A DNA stretch of 63,790 nucleotides, counting the filler, from Rhabdomonas costata (taxonomy: Eukaryota): the NCBI GenBank assembly GCA_019059605.1. It is 33 parts of 33 records of this genome, joined end to end, with 100 filler letters (N's around TTAATTAATTAA, not from the genome) between each part and the next. Parts side by side here need not be neighbours in the genome. Positions count along the whole stretch, not along the records: positions 44,532 to 46,367 come from JAHMHO010008408.1; positions 46,468 to 48,302 come from JAHMHO010008409.1; positions 48,403 to 50,238 come from JAHMHO010008410.1; positions 50,339 to 52,174 come from JAHMHO010008411.1; positions 52,275 to 54,110 come from JAHMHO010008412.1; positions 54,211 to 56,047 come from JAHMHO010008413.1; positions 56,148 to 57,983 come from JAHMHO010008414.1; positions 58,084 to 59,919 come from JAHMHO010008415.1; 25 more parts are not named here. The stretch is one strand, 5' to 3'. Position 1 is the first letter of the stretch. Every line of letters starts with the position of its first letter. Position numbers and translations under genes: made by a program. Below are positions 46,360 to 59,039 of this stretch, piece by piece. The notes beneath the pieces were generated by a model. The model was not told the DNA's origin. It saw only the letters and a list, made by a program, of their open reading frames with translations, and did no database searches.

Positions 46360-48689
46360 CAAACCACNNNNNNNNNNNNNNNNNNNNNNNNNNNNNNNNN
46401 NNNNNNNNNNNTTAATTAATTAANNNNNNNNNNNNNNNNNNNNNNNNNNNNNNNNNNNNNNNNNNNNTCTTTTAGTCTGTTGGCTTTTCCGACGGTTTCA
46501 TCGTCACTTCTTGGCTTAATTTCATGAGTGGACTGTCGATGTCGGAACTGAAACCTTCTTCGGGTACAGCAAACGGCCGAGGAGTACAGTTTAGATGGAC
46601 CAGAATTAGCTCCCCTCGCCATCGGTGACTGCCGTCGGCCCTTCTCATTTTCATTCGATACTGATACTCTGCGGTCACACTTTGCAAATCACTTCCGTGC
46701 TCGATGTTCCTCCAAAAAAATTGTTGCTAACCAATGACAATCCTTGATGACAAGAAGGTCTTAATGTCTATTTTGTTGCTGGAGCCTGGATTATCATTTT
46801 GGAGACTGCTCGACGAAATGCGGGGAATGACCCAAAGCCCCGTGCATAACAGAAACCGTGTGAGCGCTACCTTTCGGCTGTGCGCTGTCAACTTTCATGT
46901 CAAGTTTCTTGCCCCTCAGCAAAACGGAATTTTTTGGGCGAAAAAATAATCACAACGCCCTACCGAGCAAACCAAAAACCAGTTCTTTTCCTCCGGGACT
47001 GATTATAACCTGGGTTATATTACCAGGGTTTCCTCGGAAACTTTCGTTTCCGGGGGTCCGGAGAACGCAACGGGAGAAAAGGCACAAAACTGCTTTCATT
47101 TTTCACAACCAAGTGGGCTGTGCACAGCGTTGGGGCAGCCGTGTCAGTTCACAGGCTCCACCATGGCACGTTTGCCCGGCAATGAACAGGGATCCCCACT
47201 GAGTCGTACCAAAAAGGCAAAAATAAATAAATAAATAAAAATAAAATGGATGAAGACAAGAGGAGCCTCTTATCCACAGGCACAGGTCCATACGGACTAG
47301 GTGAAGCCTCTGCAACTCACCAAATTGCTTGTGTCAACTTGGAGCAGTTCGGTGCATTGCTCATGTCCACCCACCAGAACAGGTCAGTCCTGGCGTGACC
47401 ACATTCAACAGGATTGCCCCAGGAGTAAAGAAAAGAAGAAGAAAGAAAAGGGGTGAAAAACACAAGCTGAACATGAACACTTCGCTCTTTTCCCGTGCGA
47501 AAATTGACATTTCAAAAAAGTCGAAAATAATGGCTGGGGGAAAGAGCACTCTAGGATCGCAAAGCACGGTTGTATGCATATGTAATGCCTTCCACAAATG
47601 TGTACGTGTGTACGTAATGTGTACTTATGCAACCTATTCGTTCGACAGACGTAATTTACAACCATTCATTTCTGGGTCTGTCGTGGAAGGCTCGCCAACC
47701 CCAAACTCGCTGAACAGCTTCAGCAGGAAGACGCTTCGGTTCACTTCAGCAAATTAACTCTAAAAAACCATGAAACTTTTTTGACAAACAAGGGTTTCGC
47801 AAGGGCAAACTGCTGAAACACACAGGGGCGAGCTAAAAGGAAAGAGAAAAAGCAAGAAGCAACGACAGGACGCAGGTAAAGAGGAGAATCGAGCAAAACT
47901 AGAAAGCGAGTGTGGTCTAATTTAAAGGGAGGTAGGTTCAACGTTGGAGGAGCCTCCAGGCAGGAAAGAAACAGCTACGCCAAAATGGTGCTTTAATCTA
48001 TTCATTTGAAACTTGCCAGTAACACCGGACAACCCAACTCTTTGAGGAGTGAAAGAAAAGAACCGCTGCACTGGATTTCACCGATAATTGAGGGTTTCCT
48101 TTCTTAGACGGCTTTCACAAAACCTCAGAAAAACCAGAACAATAGCAAAGCTTTGTTACCAAACAACACGCAGTAAGCACGAAAAAAACCTTCCAGCAGA
48201 AGTAACTCTAGCTATTCAAAAAAAAAAAGAAACCCCTCAAACGGAAAACAGCGCGAACGATGACAAAACAAATTTTTGGCCTGCTGCAACACCAAAACAA
48301 ACNNNNNNNNNNNNNNNNNNNNNNNNNNNNNNNNNNNNNNNNNNNNTTAATTAATTAANNNNNNNNNNNNNNNNNNNNNNNNNNNNNNNNNNNNNNNNNN
48401 NNTGTGTGGTGTCATAGTAAGCGATTGAGTCATGAGGATCCAAGCTCAATATTGACGGGTAAAATCGTTGAAAAGAAAATGTCGCTTCTTGGTGATGTAG
48501 TTCATACCATATGCAGGCGGCGAGGGTGAACTGAGGGTGATATCAGGGAAAATGCTCCAGTTCCGAATGTTGAAGTTTTTACACCTTAACATTGCTGAAT
48601 GGAAGGCCACACAAAAACAGCACAACAGCCCCCGCGCATCCCCAAAATGAAGGGCGAATCGTGAGCACAAGCGGCATCCTCGGCCACAC

Positions 48690-48872
48690 CATAGCGTGAC
48701 GGCAGTCACACGTGAAGAGGGTTCGAGTGACCATCCGAACCTTGTGGCCACGGTGGCAGGCCTCCGCACAGGCCTGGCAGCACCCCAGGTCTCCCCGCAG
48801 CCCGCAGGTTTCGCAGCTGAACATGGTGTGCATGCCCATGGTGGCACCGTGACACTGGCACGGCTTCCGCGG
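48690..48872 (-). CDS. Exon encoding a UBR-type zinc finger
   Basis: cctag|CCG ... ATG|gtgtgg, 61 codons: MFSCETCGLRGDLGCCQACAEACHRGHKVRMVTRTLFTCDC (zf-UBR 'C.TC...CC..CA..CH.GH.....F.CDC'). Confidence 0.85.
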
Positions 48873-51599
48873 CTAGGAACGGTCAACGAGATGTAACGCA
48901 CAAAAAGTAGTGTCGAAAAAACTCAACTTAAAAAGGATTCTCTCCGTAGTAAAACAATTACTAATGATTTCGAATCGGCACTTGTCAAAGGCATACTCCC
49001 ACCTAAATTTCTTCCCTCAGGTGAATCATCCAGGAACGACGATTCCTGAGGACATGCCGTTGCACCGTGTATCCATAGAAAAGCGTACGCGCAGGAGCTC
49101 ATGTGTGTTCGTCTCATAGACTGAACCTCTTAAGAAGCGAGCTCACCCACATCTTACCCTGTGTATCTGCGCGCGCGTTGCTGTTCTCTGAGTCGTGTAG
49201 GAGGGGGGGGGGGCGGTAATTTTTTAGTGACCTGAAAAACCTTCGAGATATTGGAGACCTATGACCGATGGACGAATCTGGAAAAGTATATTTTCCTATG
49301 TGAAAGTTCCCCGTGTAATTTCCCACAAGGTGAGGTTGCCCTGCTTCGGGAAGGTAAAACATACCAAATAGATGCACCAATAGATGAAGTTGTTCAATGA
49401 ATCCTTCTTTTCCACATAAGGAAAGGAAAATGCAGGACAGAAGGACATTTGGCATACTCGGGTTGTGGTACGAATGAACAAAACAACAATTCTTCTAGGT
49501 CGCCCTTCAACGCACACGAAATCACCTGCGTGACCATGGGTGTCACCCCCTTGCCCCTTGCAGAATTTTCCATTGGAATCCCAGGCATCACTCTCTAACC
49601 ACTGCAAATCAAATATATTCCGGTCATTTTCACGGTACTTTTTCTATGGCAATTATTCACTCGTCGGTCTTTATGTTTCGAGAGGCGATACTAAGCACCG
49701 TACTGGCAGTTGTGGCTTTTTGATATTGTAGGGAAGGGAAGGGTTGCCCATTTCCAATAATCCGGGTGCCAAGTCTGGACTTCACACACCTTGGAGGAAA
49801 GAATAGGCTGCGGAGAAGGTCCAGCTTCAGCGGCCTCAGGAACTTGCCCCTAAGGAAATTGGCACACAAAAGAAGGGAGCACTTTGCGAATCGGCATCAC
49901 TCGTATCTTTTCCATTTCATTTCCCGTCTTTCGTCTACTTATAATCAATCCCCGATGCGGAATGCGCCGGTAGGCCTCTCCCCACCCCCCCAAGCAAACA
50001 CGACGGCAGTCACGGCAGTCCACTGGTTCCGTTGGAACCGCTTGATAAAGAGACAGACTAAGACGAGAAGCCAGAGAGGGCCGAGCCTGTCGACCGGGAC
50101 TCTACGTCAATACTCAGCCTGTGAGAGCCGGTAGGCGCATCACAGATTTCACGGGTGCTGCAGCACTCCTTGGTGTCGTCGATGGGATCGACTGACGACC
50201 GACGGTGGACCTTCAAGGCGACCAACTACCCACACCACNNNNNNNNNNNNNNNNNNNNNNNNNNNNNNNNNNNNNNNNNNNNTTAATTAATTAANNNNNN
50301 NNNNNNNNNNNNNNNNNNNNNNNNNNNNNNNNNNNNNNGGGTTGTTGTCCAACTAGCTTCTCTTACCTGTAATTTCTGAGCTGACACGGGTCAAAAAACC
50401 AGATAGGATAGAAAAATTTCATAAATTGAGAGCTCAACGCACAAAACTCATCAGAAAATCACAACGTTAACGTTGAAGCGTGCCCAAGACCGAAAAAACA
50501 AAAAGCGAGTTGAAAATTCCAGAACTATCCCTGGTTTGTTTTTCGTATGGAAAAAATCGTAGGGAGCACCAGTTAAGAAAGTACACCGGAAGTAATTTCT
50601 GCAGAGGGCAACGTTATCAGGTTCACAGCGTGGGGCGGGCTGACGGGCGTTGACACGTGACAATAAAGCTTCGGTTATAGAACGCAAGTGGTGCTGCGAT
50701 TCAGGAAATCATATCTTTTCCTGAAACCACGAAAAACATCGCTAACGTCGGGCAAATCAGAGAGGGAGAGGAAGCGGGCTGAGGTCGAGGAAATGCCACG
50801 AAAGACCTTGTGATCGTAGTTCTTCTGAGAGAAGTACGTGTCTTTGGCCTTCTTTTGGGGAGCGTCCGTAGGAAAAGCCCCTAAGTGGGGTTAAGAGAAG
50901 GCATCACACCAGGTGCTTGCCAACACCCTTATTATGCAGGTAAAATAGATGCCCCCCCTCCTCCGTGGGTAGCGCGTTACGCGTTTGGCCGGATCGATGC
51001 GCTCCTTTTGCTGCGGGTGAATAGAGATTGCAATGGAAAGGTTTTGCAGGCGGTAAAGGCCGTGCACGTGTCCTCTTGGATTCCAATGGAATATTTGCCA
51101 CAGTGTTTTTTGGAGGATTGGAGCGCAGCCAATCCATTCAGGCAGTTCTTTTCATTCTAGCTTTGGATCGCAAATCCATCATGTACCAGCATACCAGCAC
51201 CTTATTAGTAGCACCCAACATCGCACCTTTCAACCACACACCGAAGATGATACGAAACTGCACAAACAGTCGCCGTCTCTCTCTCACTTTCAGAATCGCT
51301 ATCGTCACTTTCCAAGGATCGGGGCGGGTGCTCTAATGTGCTGCCCTGGTTATGTATTGCGTATGCCTCGAGCCCACGAGGGTCCTCGAGGGTCTTGGGA
51401 ACCCCGAATGATGTGGTTACACACTCAGCGCGGAAGGCATTATTGCAGTGGAAATCTTTTCTGCCTCCAGCAGGGTTTTCAAATTTTATCCCGCAGCCAG
51501 GAGTGCGGATCATCCCTCTGCTGGGCGGAGGTTCTTGGGTAACCTCATTGGCCGTCTTAAACCGTGGTCTTAAAACACGGTTCCGGGGAGCTCCGGTCT

Positions 51600-52110
51600 T
51601 GTGTGCTCACCCAGAAGGCCACAATAAATGACAAAACTCGATTTAAAAAGGGGTCATCACTGTGGAGAAAACGGACAATAATTCGAGTTCTCGCATACAA
51701 AACTTGCACGTTCCCATTTTCCCCTATGATTGTATGATGGGATCTCATGAAGAGTTTCGAAGATTGTCAACTTCCACTCGAAATGACCCAGGTCATGTTT
51801 CCACCCTTATTTTCGACTGCTTTTGCCTTATTTTTGGCCATTTTGCCTATTTTGCCCAAGTTTAGGGCATTTTTCACTCAAAATTCTGCTCGAGTCCCCT
51901 CATACAGCGAATACTTAGTCCGAAACCCTGAGGGCAGAATGTCCCATCGGGAGCTGCGCCTTGCTGGCCTATATATTCAGGAGGCGGAAAAGCGAGCATG
52001 GAGTTTATCACAATTATTGTCCACTTCAAGCCCCATTTTATTTCGAGTTTGTTCGAATATGGCTCGGTGATCGGTGGCCGTTCTTCACATCTTTGCGAAA
52101 CGTTGAGAGA
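51600..52110 (+). mobile_element. Decayed reverse-transcriptase remnant (DIRS-like)
   Basis: MTKLDLKRGHH ('K.DLk.ay.h'), then FRAFFTQNSARVPSYSEYLV ('lG...n..KS...Ps...eyLG'); stops and frameshifts throughout, and YxDD is not recognisable. Confidence 0.4.
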
Positions 52111-52716
52111 GTATTTAGATACATATCAACCACTTACACCATTGGGTCTGTACGGGCTCTAGGTGCATGCTGGTNNNNNNNNNNNNNNNNNNNNNNNNNN
52201 NNNNNNNNNNNNNNNNNNTTAATTAATTAANNNNNNNNNNNNNNNNNNNNNNNNNNNNNNNNNNNNNNNNNNNNCCTCTTTCTTCGTCCTTCCGGTCGTT
52301 TTTGTGATTAGACCCCACGCAGCACTGAGCTCACAGGCCCGCCTTCCATCATTTGTTACCCTTCTGATATCCGTGTTCCTCCCCCTGTCTTCCGGGTTCA
52401 TTTGTTGCCTTTGCCCTCTTTGGAATCACACCACATCCACGGCGCGTGTTCTCCGTGTTTTTCTTTCTAGTTTCCCTCTATGATCATTTGACCTCCACGC
52501 ATTCTCCACAGAACGCTTTTCCTTCGTTGCCAGTGTAAGTTATTGCATTGCCTATGGCCCGGACCATGAACAACCTGCGCGCTGCTGCCGTGAGCTTTTC
52601 ATGTGAAAAAAATTTACTCTAGAGGGGCCATAAGGCACCGTTTCCCAACGTTTGAAGCCCCTCCCCCCGCAAAATGCAGCCGCACGTACGCAATTGTAAT
52701 GCATATCAATAGAAAC

Positions 52717-52913
52717 CTCAGGGCTGCTCCCGGTGGAGGCAGTTGGCGTGTGGAGGCTGAGATACAGCAGCTCCCCAAGGCTCAGGTTGCGGCCGAAGCG
52801 AAGCAGCACCCCAACCGCGTCCTCTGAGAGAGCCGCGCACAGGATGTGCTTCTCCGCCAGCGCGACCTCGTAGGCGGCCATCAGGTCGCTCAAGGTGCGG
52901 TTTACGTGGATGC
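52717..52913 (-). CDS. Probable internal exon of an unknown protein
   Basis: caatacag|GC ... GAG|gtttct; GC3-rich IHVNRTLSDLMAAYEVALAEKHILCAALSEDAVGVLLRFGRNLSLGELLYL. Confidence 0.6.
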
Positions 52914-54935
52914 CTGTATTGAAAAAACAATACTAAGCGTTAGTAAGTTAGTAAGGGGGGATTCGCGGCCTCGTTCACCATCAGCAGTGTCAAATGTCAG
53001 GTGACACCAAACTCACCCTTCAAATTTTGCGAGGTCTACTCCTGGTGCCTGTCGGATGGTGGGCTAACTTCCCATTCATCTGCTTCATCTCAAAACTGAG
53101 AGTTTCCCACACAACCGTCAAACAGTCACCGCATTGAGGAATGCACGTCAAAATGAACAAGCAACTACTGTCAGCAAAATGTGGGGAATGCTCATAAGCA
53201 TGTTTGTTATTCTGGTATAAAAACGGCACCCAATGCACCCACGCGGCTCACCAAAAAAGCACAGGTGCATTTCATGCACACGATATGGGTGATAACGAAA
53301 TCCCCCCCTCCAAGCCTCAGTGAGTTGAGTCCGAAAAAACGCGTTTCAACCTGTGAAATTTGAGGTGAAGCGGGAAAAATGTACCGGCTGCCCCTGGGAA
53401 CCGTTCAGACTTTCCCGTGAAGTCCATTTCTCCTTCAAAATTCGTGAACATGAAAGCTGCAAACGCGTGAAAATCCCCCAAGTGTCCAAGAAAAAAGGTG
53501 AGCTGAAATACCTCTGCACATGTCGGCGTTGACCTTTGCAACCCCCTGAGCGGATAAATGCCGCAGCATAGCACATTCCTGAGGGAGTAGCGGTGACCCC
53601 CTTTGGGTTTCAAAATACTCTGGTAGGCTACCCATGATTTACAGAAAAGGAAAAAAAGAAATGGGGCTGAAAGAGAGACGCAGTCTACGAAAACATCCAA
53701 ATGAACCAAAAGCAGAGCACTGCACATTAACAAGCACCCTTTGTCAAGAACCTGGTCACGGAGGATGAAACACACCAAACATAAATTAGCAGCCAGACTT
53801 CGTGAGATCTGGGTGGTTCACCACAACCCGGAACCGCTGGAACTGATAATAGTAATACACTAGGCTAGCGCGGTAACACCTGCACGACGATATGACAGTG
53901 CAGGTGAAAACCTGAAGAGGCAAGGAAGGAAAGTTCTTGCTTACTACGGTAAGTATGAGATTGAGACTTGGATATCGGACTCGAGCAGGGCTGCAACTCA
54001 ACGAATCGAAGAGGGTACAAGAACTGGAAAGGGTGCGCTGAAGAGCACGCCCACAGAGCAGGGGAACAAATCGACGAGTATGTCGTCATGGTCCAGGGCC
54101 ACCACCCACCNNNNNNNNNNNNNNNNNNNNNNNNNNNNNNNNNNNNNNNNNNNNTTAATTAATTAANNNNNNNNNNNNNNNNNNNNNNNNNNNNNNNNNN
54201 NNNNNNNNNNCACTGCCGCTGCCGAGGGCGAGCCCCCCGGGGCCGCCGCTTCACTGGTGGACAGCAGCAGCGCCAGCCGGCTCTCCCCAACCCTCCGGAG
54301 GTTCCTGGACGACGAGCTCCGGGAGCACCATCATTGCCCCAAGTGGAGGCCTCCAGGCACGCGCTGCGCAAAACCCTTCTCTCCTTTTCTCTCTGCACGT
54401 CCCCCGCTGGCATAATTATGTGGTCGCCGAGAAGAAGAAGATGGTCGCAACCCACAAATTCTTAAGGGCCGCTTTTCCCGCTTCTCGATTGAAAATGGCA
54501 TTCGTCCAAAGGGGTGGGGGGAGAGAAAAATGTTAGATGTATGGGCCCAAGATCGGGGCCTCAGATCTTAGGTGCTGGTGGCGGGCCTTGGACGCGCTCT
54601 GAGGAGAGGTTATTTCGCCTTGTATGTGGTTAGGTGGCGATGCACATGCCGCAGGATTATAGTGCTGGTCTTGCAGGGTGTTAGATGGGGTCTGGGGGAA
54701 GGGGGCTCCGTTGCGTTCCGCGGCCCAAGACATCCTGGATATTCAAAAGATTTTTCCTACCCTTGAGCCCTAGGCCCTGGTCAGCGGTTTGGAAGAAAGC
54801 CGGGGCTTACGTGGCCTTCACCTAAAAACAAACGAAAGCAAAATGCATCGTACATAAAAATAGCGGAAGGCAACTGTGGCATGCCCTCTACTTTTATTTT
54901 CTGGTTTTTCGGCTTTTCTCTGCTTTATCTGTCAG

Positions 54936-55760
54936 CTTGCGTTTTCCAATGCGAGTACCGGAGGTGGCTTTGGGACGAGTACCGCGTGGGAGCGCTGGCG
55001 CGCCTTGCTGGGGTTGACACCAGCGAACTGCTGGGTGGCCCCTCAGCGCCAGGGGAGGATCTTCCTCAGCCCTTTCTCCTCCGTGTCGCCATGACTCACT
55101 CCCCAGAGTGGTGCTTGTCCTTCATAGGTCATTCTATCCCCCACCCATATCACCCAGAAAGGCACTCAACGTGATTAATGTGAGCGGAAGGGTGTTCGAA
55201 GCAACCACCCAAACCAATGCTTACTGGAATGGCAATTCTACTCGCTTCACAGCGCCATCTGCACCGGTGGTTTTTGGCGGCATATTCTAATATTGGATAT
55301 TGGTTGTGGGTCCCATCTGTCACCTGGACTTTTTCTTGTTCAGAAAAATTAGCTTACCGATTGCACAAGATGTCGACCCAAAAGTATGGGACCTGGGACC
55401 TGTAACCCGTGTACGTTGCACCTGAGGCTTGCCAGGTATTCTGGCTCACCATTTGAGCCACCTCACACTCTGACGTTACTTCGTAATTCTAGTAATTTCT
55501 TGGCTTGAGGTTGGAAATTTTGTCATTTCTAAAGATTACCCATCTATTGCCTTGTCTATCGCCCAGCCCGGTTTTATCTCTATGTGAATACCTTAGCCCC
55601 CAACCGGAGTTCCACGGCCTTCCTACGAGTTCCTGGGCTGTATCTTCGAAGGTGCCCCAAGGGGTACCACACCCATGACATGCTGTGGGCGCTGAGCCGC
55701 GGGCAGCTGGTCTCCGCGTTTTGGTCCTCTCGTGCCACGCTGTTGCGTCGCTGTGTCGCG
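54936..55760 (+). CDS. Two exons (54936-55110, 55652-55760) of an unknown protein
   Basis: The phase-2 join TG|G gives ...FLLRVAMTHSPEWCPKGYHTHDMLWALSRGQLVSAFW; donors gtgctt and gtgtgc. Confidence 0.55.
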
Positions 55761-56592
55761 GTGTGCCTCCCATGCTTCCATTCTCCTTCGTGCTTATCTT
55801 GATGGCAAGCCCGGCTCTGTCAGCTCCCCTTCCACTACCACCATCACCACTGCCACGCATCGCTTCTTTCCGCTCTCTCTTTCCGCCAGGAGGTTTGAGA
55901 ACGATCGATGTACCCTCTTGGGATTACAGATGATGTCGAGGGGGCTAGATGGCGATGGACGAGTCCGCTGGGTTTCAACGAATGATTTGCAGGGAGATGG
56001 GCGTTCAAGGGCGATACACGTGCATAGCCATCTAGCCCCCCCCCACANNNNNNNNNNNNNNNNNNNNNNNNNNNNNNNNNNNNNNNNNNNNTTAATTAAT
56101 TAANNNNNNNNNNNNNNNNNNNNNNNNNNNNNNNNNNNNNNNNNNNNTGTTTTTTGGGCACAAAATTTTGCGTGACGTTTGAGCTCCCATCGATCACAAG
56201 TACTTTGGACGAGGGACAGTGTGAACCTGCTCCTGTATGCCAGTTTCACGTGAGCGCAGGTTATCCTTTGAGGGACAGTTGCGCAGTCTGTTGATGCAAT
56301 TTCCGAGACCATGACTGAAAGCCCTCATCACAGTGAGGTTTCCATCGTTGTCTTCACTGTCATGGTGACATTGTGAAAGGCGCTCGGGCTGCTTGGATGC
56401 GCTTATAGTTGTGCAGGCCAGCCTTTTGGGCCCAAGCACCAACTTTAGATTTTAGACTACATAACCCCGCGGGAGTCTCGGAGTCCCTTTATTGCCTGCA
56501 ACCCTCCTGGCCTGCACACTCCTGGCGCAAGTTGTGTTCACCATGGGTCTTTCCCCATCCTCTTCCCCACCCCCCGGTTTTTTCGCTCACAG

Positions 56593-57983
56593 GGCGCGGT
56601 AGTGCTGTTCAGCTCCGACCCGTGGGAGATTGCCAAGGCCACGGAGCGCCCCCCGCTGACGGGGTATCGTTCCCTCCACCCCCATGTCGCTCTGGGGGCT
56701 CTAGTTTCTGGGGTTGTGTCGCCTTATTTTGCTGTCTTTCTTGGTGCCGCCTTGGGGACGGTGGTAATAGGGAATGGCTCTTCGAGGGCAAGAGACTGGG
56801 ATGCACTATGCCGAACCCGCACTATGTCACAATACCCGGGTGTCGCGAGGTCCTCTCCCCAGGACAACTAACACACAACTAACAACCGCCTGAACCCCTG
56901 CGAGGTCAATAACCTCTCCAACCAACGGTTGCTTCTCCCTCCGCGATCCAGAACTTGTCTTAGGGGACTCCCAGTTAACACCTTTCAGTCCTTGATAGTT
57001 ATGGTTTCCTCGGATTCCAGGCCATAGATATTGTGTGCAAAGCGTTCTGCGCCGATTTATGTGGGCTCTCTTTATGGCTGCACATTGCGGGTTCTTTTTT
57101 GAATTGAGATTGTACACCCTGAAGACTGGTGCTGTGTTGGAATCCACCGCATACTTCACTGCAATGCTAAAAGTTTGGTTTTCCGTCATCCCTCCGTGGT
57201 CGCCCTCTCCGCCACAGGTTCGAGAGCGCGGTGCCGGGGCAGACCGCAGTGGCAGTGGCGGTTTCAGGGCAGCACTTCGGGGAGCGAGGGTGCGTCTTCC
57301 TGGAGCCCCACACCCACTCCGCCGTCGCCACGACCACCGTACAGGCCTGGAGGCTTAGCCGCGCCCACTTCTCGGAGTATACCCCCCCCTCCAACGCTCT
57401 CCCACCGCGACAACGGGAAAAGAACTCACCAGGAAACACTCAGCCGCGTTTCTTTTGTGTCTGCCTGTGGCACAGCCTGTACACTGTGCCTGTGGAGCTG
57501 TGGCAGGCACAGTGTACATACGTCGCAGACTCTGCACTAGGTGCCATTGGTGATGATATTCCCATTGGATCATACAGTGGGTGAACCCCCAGACGACGTT
57601 CCCGCCCTGCTCTGGTGTCACCGCGGACTAGCCTCTGCCCCAATAATAATTGTGACTCACTCGTCCATCCCAGCAGCACGCTATCCATGAGCCAGCAGTA
57701 GTTTTGAGGTGATATCCGAAAATGTTGCCTAGGGACCACTGGCACAGTTATTTTCCAAACTAATCGATAACGCGTGCGCGCGCGCAAACACACACACACA
57801 CACACACACAAAGGAAAGACGGTGTCGTTGTGATCTTGGGTTGTGGTGTGCACCTCACAGGGCTCTTCTGATGAACCCGGTGTGGTTTCTGCGGGCGCGG
57901 CACGTGCTGTCGCAGCGCGAGGAGCTCCGGCTGCCCCGGCTGGAGCTGCCCGCCCTGCTGGCCTTCCCCTGGCCCACCCCACC
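56593..57983 (+). CDS. Cyclic-nucleotide-binding (CNB) domain protein (exons 56593-56663, 57218-57376, 57861-57983)
   Basis: Spliced ...VSGQHFGERGCVFLEPHTHSAVATTTVQAWRLSRAHFSEALLMNP matches the CNB pattern 'G..FGE.....epR.as..A.t....w.L.r..F...l'; cacag acceptors, phases consistent. Confidence 0.8.
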
Positions 57984-58111
57984 NNNNNNNNNNNNNNNNN
58001 NNNNNNNNNNNNNNNNNNNNNNNNNNNTTAATTAATTAANNNNNNNNNNNNNNNNNNNNNNNNNNNNNNNNNNNNNNNNNNNNAGACAACGGCACGCGCA
58101 GGCTCGCTCAC

Positions 58112-59039
58112 CTAAGCGGCATTGTGTCCAGGGATGTGTACGTGAAGAGCGACAGGCGGTCGGCCGATGAGGGGTGGGTGTGGAAGAGGATGCGGTCCGT
58201 CCATGCGGGAACCCGGCGCTTCTGAGACTGGTCGTACTGCGAGGTGGACAGGCCATCCTCCTGTGCCATTCAAGGAAGGATGAAAAACCAGTGAGTGGGG
58301 GAAGGGAAATGAGAGGGAAGAGATTAAAAGGGCCTGTGAGACACTGACCAAACCTTGTATCCCACACATTGTAAAGCGCAGCCATCCACTCAATGAAAAG
58401 AAAAGATGGTGTGAAAAGTAAGAAAGCTGAGGAGGGTAAGAAAAGCGTTAGCACGGGGCACTTGACCGCAGTGCACGGTCGAAGAAGGTCACCAAACGTC
58501 CAGAAGCGAAACAAAGCCTAACCTTTTTTCGAGTGAAGGAGATTTTACACACCTTGTGAAACTTGTACGTGGGCGGGAAGGTCAGCGGTCCCTCCTGGAA
58601 GCCATGAAATGCATTGCCCCGACGGCGCTCCCTCAGGAGCTGGTCGTTGGCCAGCAAAACGTCATGGAAGCTGCTGTCCTTCAGAAGAATGTCAACCTGA
58701 CAGCAGAGGCCACCACGAACATGGGCCCCGGAACGGAGTGAGTAGGATTTTCCTTGGGGTTGGCGATACATCCCGAGAAGAGTTTGCTGATCTCACATTG
58801 GGTTAGAGAATTGCACATGAAAAGGCGCTGTGTGCGAGCGGATCTGATCTGCAGAAACTTCGCCTTCGTCCTGATGCCATTTTTGGCCGAAAAGGGGTGA
58901 AACAACGATTCTCTGCCCTTCTCCATGTACCATGTACCATGTGACGCTCCCCATCGATGCGGTAGTTCAGATCTCCCAGGAACACCACCAGGTCAAAGTG
59001 CTCCGTGGCGTTCCCATGCAGGACAGCCTCAAAGGCCCC
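58112..59039 (-). CDS. Inositol polyphosphate 5-phosphatase catalytic domain (exons 59039-58938, 58696-58553, 58260-58112)
   Basis: HFDLVVFLGDLNYRID, NDQLLRE, FQEGPLTFPPTYKF and KRRVPAWTDRILF are all the IPPc signature motifs; GT-AG introns, phases consistent. Confidence 0.95.

Noticed and set aside
26156..57983. Apparent cAMP-signalling cluster (CAP, cyclase, CNB protein) or any multi-gene system across the window
   Set aside because: The genes lie on different contigs that are adjacent only because of length sorting.
15929..59039. Euglenid nonconventional (non GT-AG) introns
   Set aside because: Every junction I could anchor by homology resolved to a phase-consistent GT-AG intron. None required non-canonical ends, although unanchored genes cannot be judged.
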